Source: Hyaloraphidium curvatum SAG 235-1 (Eukaryota > Fungi > Monoblepharomycota). From it: a stretch of DNA of 21,801 nt. The first letter of the stretch is position 1. Every line of letters begins with the position of its first letter. The notes under the pieces were generated by a model. The model searched no databases. It was not told the origin of the DNA and was given only the letters and a program-made list of their open reading frames with translations. The DNA is taken from NCBI GenBank assembly GCA_025558095.1, contig JAIVFI010000051.1, forward strand, positions 1 to 21,801, read 5' to 3'. This document shows positions 17,918 through 21,801 of this stretch, piece by piece. The translations under genes were made by a program, and so were the position numbers.

Positions 17918-19249
17918 CTAGTAGCTCTTGGGCAGGTCCAGCACCTTCTCCCCGATGAACGACATGATGAGCTGCTCCGACACGGGCGCCAGCCTCGTGA
18001 TGGCCACCTCCCGGTAAAGCCTCTCGACGTGGTACTCCTTGGCGTACCCCATCCCCCCGAACGTGGCCATAGCCTGCCAGCACGCGTCGTGCCCGGCCTT
18101 GCCTCCGAGGAACTTGGCCGCGTTGGCCTCGGCCCCGCACGCCAGCCCGCGGTCGTACAGCCGCGCGGCGTGCAGCGCCATCAGCCACGCCGACTCGAGG
18201 TACATCCACCGCTCGGCGAGGGGGTGCTGGATGCCCTGGTTCTGCCCGATCGGCCGGTCGAAAACAACGCGCTCGCGGGCGTAGGCGGCCGCGCGGCGGA
18301 GGGCGTCCTGGCCGATGGCGATGGCCTCGGCGGCGATGAGCACGCGCTCGGGGTTGAGCGAGTGGAGGATGTACGAGAACCCCTTGCCCTCCTCGCCAAT
18401 GCGGTCGTGCTCGGGGACGAAGAGGTCGTCGATAAAGACCGAGTTGGAATCGACGGCCTTGCGGCCCATCTTTGGGATGCGGTGCGCGGTGATTCGGCTG
18501 CGGTCCAGGTCGGTGTAGAAGATGGTGATGCCGTCGGTGGGCTTGGCGCACTCCTCGATGGGTTTGGTCCGCGTGAGGAGCATGATCTTGTTGGCCACCT
18601 GCGCCGTCGACGTCCAGACCTTCTGGCCCTTGACCACGTAGCCGCCGTCCACCTTGCGCGCAAACGTCTTTATCCGGGTCGTGTTCAGGCCCGCGTCGGG
18701 CTCCGTGAACCCAAAGGCCACGCGGTCCTGGCCGGCGATCAGCCGCGGGATCCAGCGCTGCTTCTGCTCCTGCGTGCCCTTGAGCACCACCGGGTGCGGC
18801 CCGAACAGGTTGACGTGCACCGACGACGCCGCTGCCATCCCCCCGCCGTGGCTCGCCACCTCGTGCATCATGACCGCGGCCTCGGTGACCCCCAGCCCCG
18901 CGCCGCCAAACTCGGGGGGCATCGTGATGCCCAGCCAGCCGGCCTCGGCCAGGGCCGCGTGGAACTCGAAGGGGAACTTGCCGTCCTCGTCGCGGGCCAG
19001 CCAGTACTCGTCCGAGAAGCGCGAGACGACGGATCGGACGCCCTCGCGGAGGGACCGCAGGTCGTCGTTGCCGGCGGCGAGATCCGCCTGCGAGGGCAGG
19101 GCGGGCGCGACGGATCCCGACGTGCGGGCAGGAGGGGCGGCCGGCGTCGCCAGCCCGCGGGGCCGCGAAAGTGAAGGAGCCGGAGCGAGGGAGAGCCGCC
19201 CGAGGGCGCCCCGCGCGCGGCTGAGCGACAAGAAACGCGCTCCACGCAT
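17918..19249 (-). CDS. Acyl-CoA dehydrogenase (FadE12-like clade ending in LPKSY) with a mitochondrial-type presequence, intronless, 443 aa
   Basis: ACAD motifs GWLGITMPPEFGGAGLG, FGFTEPDAG, VVKGQKVWTS, IGEEGKGF, LNPER, RVVFDRPIGQNQGIQHPLA and FGGMGYAKEYHVERLYRE. The N-terminus is Arg-rich and lacks acidic residues (MRGARFLSLSRARGALGRL...RGLAT). Confidence 0.95.
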   Translation of the reverse strand: MRGARFLSLSRARGALGRLSLAPAPSLSRPRGLATPAAPPARTSGSVAPALPSQADLAAGNDDLRSLREGVRSVVSRFSDEYWLARDEDGKFPFEFHAALAEAGWLGITMPPEFGGAGLGVTEAAVMMHEVASHGGGMAAASSVHVNLFGPHPVVLKGTQEQKQRWIPRLIAGQDRVAFGFTEPDAGLNTTRIKTFARKVDGGYVVKGQKVWTSTAQVANKIMLLTRTKPIEECAKPTDGITIFYTDLDRSRITAHRIPKMGRKAVDSNSVFIDDLFVPEHDRIGEEGKGFSYILHSLNPERVLIAAEAIAIGQDALRRAAAYARERVVFDRPIGQNQGIQHPLAERWMYLESAWLMALHAARLYDRGLACGAEANAAKFLGGKAGHDACWQAMATFGGMGYAKEYHVERLYREVAITRLAPVSEQLIMSFIGEKVLDLPKSY

Positions 19250-19379
19250 AGTTCAGAGGAAGAAAAATGGACTTTCTTTTGTACCTTGGCCGCTGCAGGC
19301 TAAGGTGAACGCGGGAGACGGTGGCAAGGACGAGACGCGGCAAGTTGTGATCGCGGTCCGACAAACAACCGACGCCGAC
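19250..19379. promoter_or_regulatory. Putative 130-bp bidirectional promoter
   Basis: This is the only DNA between the divergent ATGs at 19249 and 19380, and it is lower in GC than the flanking CDSs. It contains an imperfect inverted repeat (19283-19306) and a short direct repeat (19315-19344). Confidence 0.55.
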
Positions 19380-20735
19380 ATGTTGCAGGCCGCGCGGAGG
19401 GTCGGCATTCTTCTCCATGGGACTCGTTTTGCTCTTCGGAATGTACCCGTTTTCGCCGGCGCCGCAGTGGACTGCAGATCGGAACGCAGACCGGACGGAC
19501 CCGCCGTTCCCGTTCGCGGCTACAGCACGGCCTCCGGACGCGGATTCGGCACCCTGGACGGGCTCAAGGTCGTCGACCTGACGGCCGTGCTCATGGGCCC
19601 CTTCTGCACCCAGATGCTGGCGGACCACGGGGCCGACGTGGTCAAGGTCGAGGGCCCCGAGGGGGACACCACGCGGCAGCTGCCGCTGTTCAAGGGCCCC
19701 GGGCTGGGCTCCATGTTCCTCAACCTCAACCGCGGGAAGCGGTTCGTCGGCCTGGACCTGAAGAACCCAGCCGGGAGGGACGCGGTCCTCCGCCTGTGCC
19801 GCGAGGCTGACGTGTTCGTCCACAGCATGCGGGCGGACGCCGTGGCCCGCCTGGGCCTCACTTACGCCGACGTGGCCGCGGTCAGGCCTGACATTGTGTA
19901 CGCCAACGTGTACGGCTTTTCCCGGCGCGGCCCGTACGCCAAGATGCCGGCGTATGACGACGTGATCCAGGCCATGAGCGGCATGGCCGGGCTGCAGCAG
20001 AGGATGCTGGGCTTCCCGACCTACTCCGCCACCCTCGTCGCGGACCAGGTCTCGGGCATCACCGCGCTGTACGCGATCCTGATGGCGCTCTTCCGCCGCG
20101 AGCGCACCGGCCGCGGGCAGGAGATCGAGGTGCCCATGTTCGAAACCATCGCCAACTTTGTCCTCACCGGCCACATGAACGGCTCGCTGTACGTCCCCGC
20201 CGAAGGCGAGCCCGTGTACCCGCGCGCGGCCTCGCGCAACCGCCGCCCGTACAAGACCAAGGACGGCTGGGTCGCCGCGCTCGTCTACACGGACAAGCAG
20301 TGGACCAACTTCTTCGCCACCGCCGGCCGCCCCGCGTGGGCCGACGAGCCGTACATGGCCTCGCTGAAGCAGCGCGCGGCGCGGATCGACGACGTGTACG
20401 CCAACCTGGCCTCGGAGGTCGAGAAGCGCACCACGGCCGAGTGGCTCGACATCTTTGGCCGCGCCGAGATACCCGCGGCGAGGGTCAACTCGACGCAGGA
20501 CGTGCTCGAAGACCCGCACCTAAACGAGACGGGGTTCTTCATCGAGCAGGACACGGAGCTGGGGAGGATGAGGTTCCCTGGCCTGCCGGCGTGGTTCTCG
20601 GACACGCCGGGGAGGATCGACGGGCCGGCCAAGGCGCTGGGGGCGGATACCGCGCAGGTGCTTTCGGACTACGGGTTTTCGGACGCCGAGATCGCGGGCC
20701 TACGGGAAAAGGGCGCGATGGTCGAGCCGAAGTAG
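19380..20735 (+). CDS. Family III (CaiB/BaiF/Frc) CoA-transferase with a mitochondrial-type presequence, intronless, 451 aa
   Basis: Motifs LDGLKVVDL..GPFCTQMLADHGADVVKVE, FLNLNRGKR..LDLK, YGF...GPY...PAYD..IQAMSG, the catalytic-Asp region TLVADQVSG, RERTGRGQ, YKTKDG and LGADT..VL...G. The start is placed at ATG 19380 (MLQAARRVGILL...RGYST); the upstream part of the listed 693-aa ORF is antisense to the dehydrogenase. Confidence 0.93.
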   Translation: MLQAARRVGILLHGTRFALRNVPVFAGAAVDCRSERRPDGPAVPVRGYSTASGRGFGTLDGLKVVDLTAVLMGPFCTQMLADHGADVVKVEGPEGDTTRQLPLFKGPGLGSMFLNLNRGKRFVGLDLKNPAGRDAVLRLCREADVFVHSMRADAVARLGLTYADVAAVRPDIVYANVYGFSRRGPYAKMPAYDDVIQAMSGMAGLQQRMLGFPTYSATLVADQVSGITALYAILMALFRRERTGRGQEIEVPMFETIANFVLTGHMNGSLYVPAEGEPVYPRAASRNRRPYKTKDGWVAALVYTDKQWTNFFATAGRPAWADEPYMASLKQRAARIDDVYANLASEVEKRTTAEWLDIFGRAEIPAARVNSTQDVLEDPHLNETGFFIEQDTELGRMRFPGLPAWFSDTPGRIDGPAKALGADTAQVLSDYGFSDAEIAGLREKGAMVEPK

Positions 20736-20868
20736 GCACTTGTCGATTGACGACAGAGGTGCTAAACAGCAGAGCCAAGAACATTGATTGACGATAGAGG
20801 TCCTAAACAGCAGCAGCGCCCATTGCCCATGTTGAGTTTCACTGTCCATTCGCGCGCAGTTTTGATCG

Positions 20869-21801
20869 TCAGCTCCGCCCCATCTCCCTCCGGCGCCTTC
20901 GCATAGTGCGAGTTAAGCCATTTTGCCGACAGCCAAGATACGCGGTCGAGAGACGGTGTAGCTCCGTGGCGATGTCCGCCATCGCCGGCCGCTTCGCGGG
21001 TTCTTCCTCCCAGCAAGACTCCACGAGACCCCACACGTCATCCAGGACTCCGCCGGGGCGCGGAGGCCGTTTACCGCTGAAAATGGCCCTCATGATCTGG
21101 CCGGAGAGGTCAGTTGGGGCGAGGAGAGCGAGAAGTCCATTCAAGAAAGACCCACCGCGGCCGGCGAGGTCAGATCCGAGTACGGGTCGTGTCCGCCCGA
21201 GAGCACCTGGTAGCACATCATGCCGAACGTCCATACGTCTGCTTGCCTCCCCATGGGTTGGTGGTCGAAGAACTCCGGGGGCGCGAACCGGATCGTGGCC
21301 CCGTGGAGACCCTTGTACTGGTACTCCTTGTTGCCGTTGCTGTCCTCGATCCGGGTGCGGATCTTGGAGATGCCAAAGTCCGCAATCTTACCTACGGGGT
21401 TGCCCGAGCCGTCGACAGCCACGAGTACGTTGTCCGCCTTCAGATCCGAGTGCACGACGCCGAAGGAATGCAGGCGGGCGATCCCTGATGCGGCGTGCGC
21501 CAGCATGCGAACCGAAAGGGGCTTTGGCCAGCCCTTCGAGGCAAGGAACGACTTGAGGCTGCCACCGCTGCAGAGCTCCGTGACCAGAAAAGTGGGAGCG
21601 GTCCTGTAGCCGAGCAAGGGTACGACTGCGGGGAACGCGCGGTTCAGCAGGAGTTCAAGGAGTCTTGGCGTCGTACCCGCGATTGTCGTGCCGAGGGACG
21701 TCGATCCACATCTTCAGCTCGGCCTCAAACATGGCCTTGGCTTCCTGTTCCTCGAGCGTTGCATGCAGAACCTTGACAGCGACGTTCTCCCCTAGGAACC
21801 G
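20869..21801 (-). CDS. Protein kinase of the tyrosine-kinase-like (TKL) type, 3' portion; the 5' end is outside the window
   Basis: Exons 21801-21681, 21625-21156 and 21096-~20869 give VAVK, the helix-C Glu (FEAELKMW), HDNLVPLLGY, LVTELCSGGSL, VVHSDLKADNVL, KIADFGISK, TIRFAPPE, ADVWTFG and CWEEEPAKRP. The exact C-terminal end is uncertain. Confidence 0.9.

Noticed and set aside
17786-20519. Long ORFs 17898-20519 (-, 873 aa) and 17786-19174 (+, 462 aa), and the N-terminal 242 codons of 18654-20735 (+)
   Set aside because: These are shadow or antisense frames of the dehydrogenase and CoA-transferase, caused by high GC3. They have no motifs and are not a fusion protein or overlapping genes.
17918-20735. 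Bacterial contamination or a chimeric contig as the source of the bacterial-like pair
   Set aside because: Both genes have eukaryotic-type N-terminal presequences and are tightly flanked by eukaryotic genes of similar composition. Read-level confirmation is still desirable.

Overview
GC-rich, intron-containing eukaryotic DNA that looks fungal: it has a Zn2Cys6 factor and mostly 50-80 nt introns with GCTGAC/GCTGAT branch sites. An early-diverging, chytrid-type fungus is a guess only. Positions 1-13545 are a head-to-tail tandem array of a ~5.85 kb unit: the tail of one copy (1-1836) plus two full copies (1837-7696 and 7697-13545). Each unit carries a 3'-truncated mitochondrial-type propionate/short-chain acyl-CoA synthetase (PrpE/ACSS3-like), a complete 6-exon Zn(II)2Cys6 transcription factor and ~1.2 kb of its upstream DNA. 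The 1837-7696 copy is full of 1-bp indels, probably from unpolished assembly. The unique part holds a putative GPI-anchored secreted protein, a diverged copy of a ~620 bp non-coding element also found upstream of the transcription factor, a disrupted MYND-finger gene and a hypothetical coiled-coil protein. It also holds a head-to-head pair of intronless, bacterial-looking enzymes with mitochondrial-type presequences (acyl-CoA dehydrogenase and family III CoA-transferase, start codons 130 bp apart), and the 3' part of a TKL-type kinase with a GC-AG intron. The best candidates for something new are the possibly horizontally acquired enzyme pair within a loose acyl-CoA cluster, the transcription factor amplification with its chimeric junction, and the unexplained conserved non-coding element. 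All family assignments come from motif recognition by eye, not from database searches.
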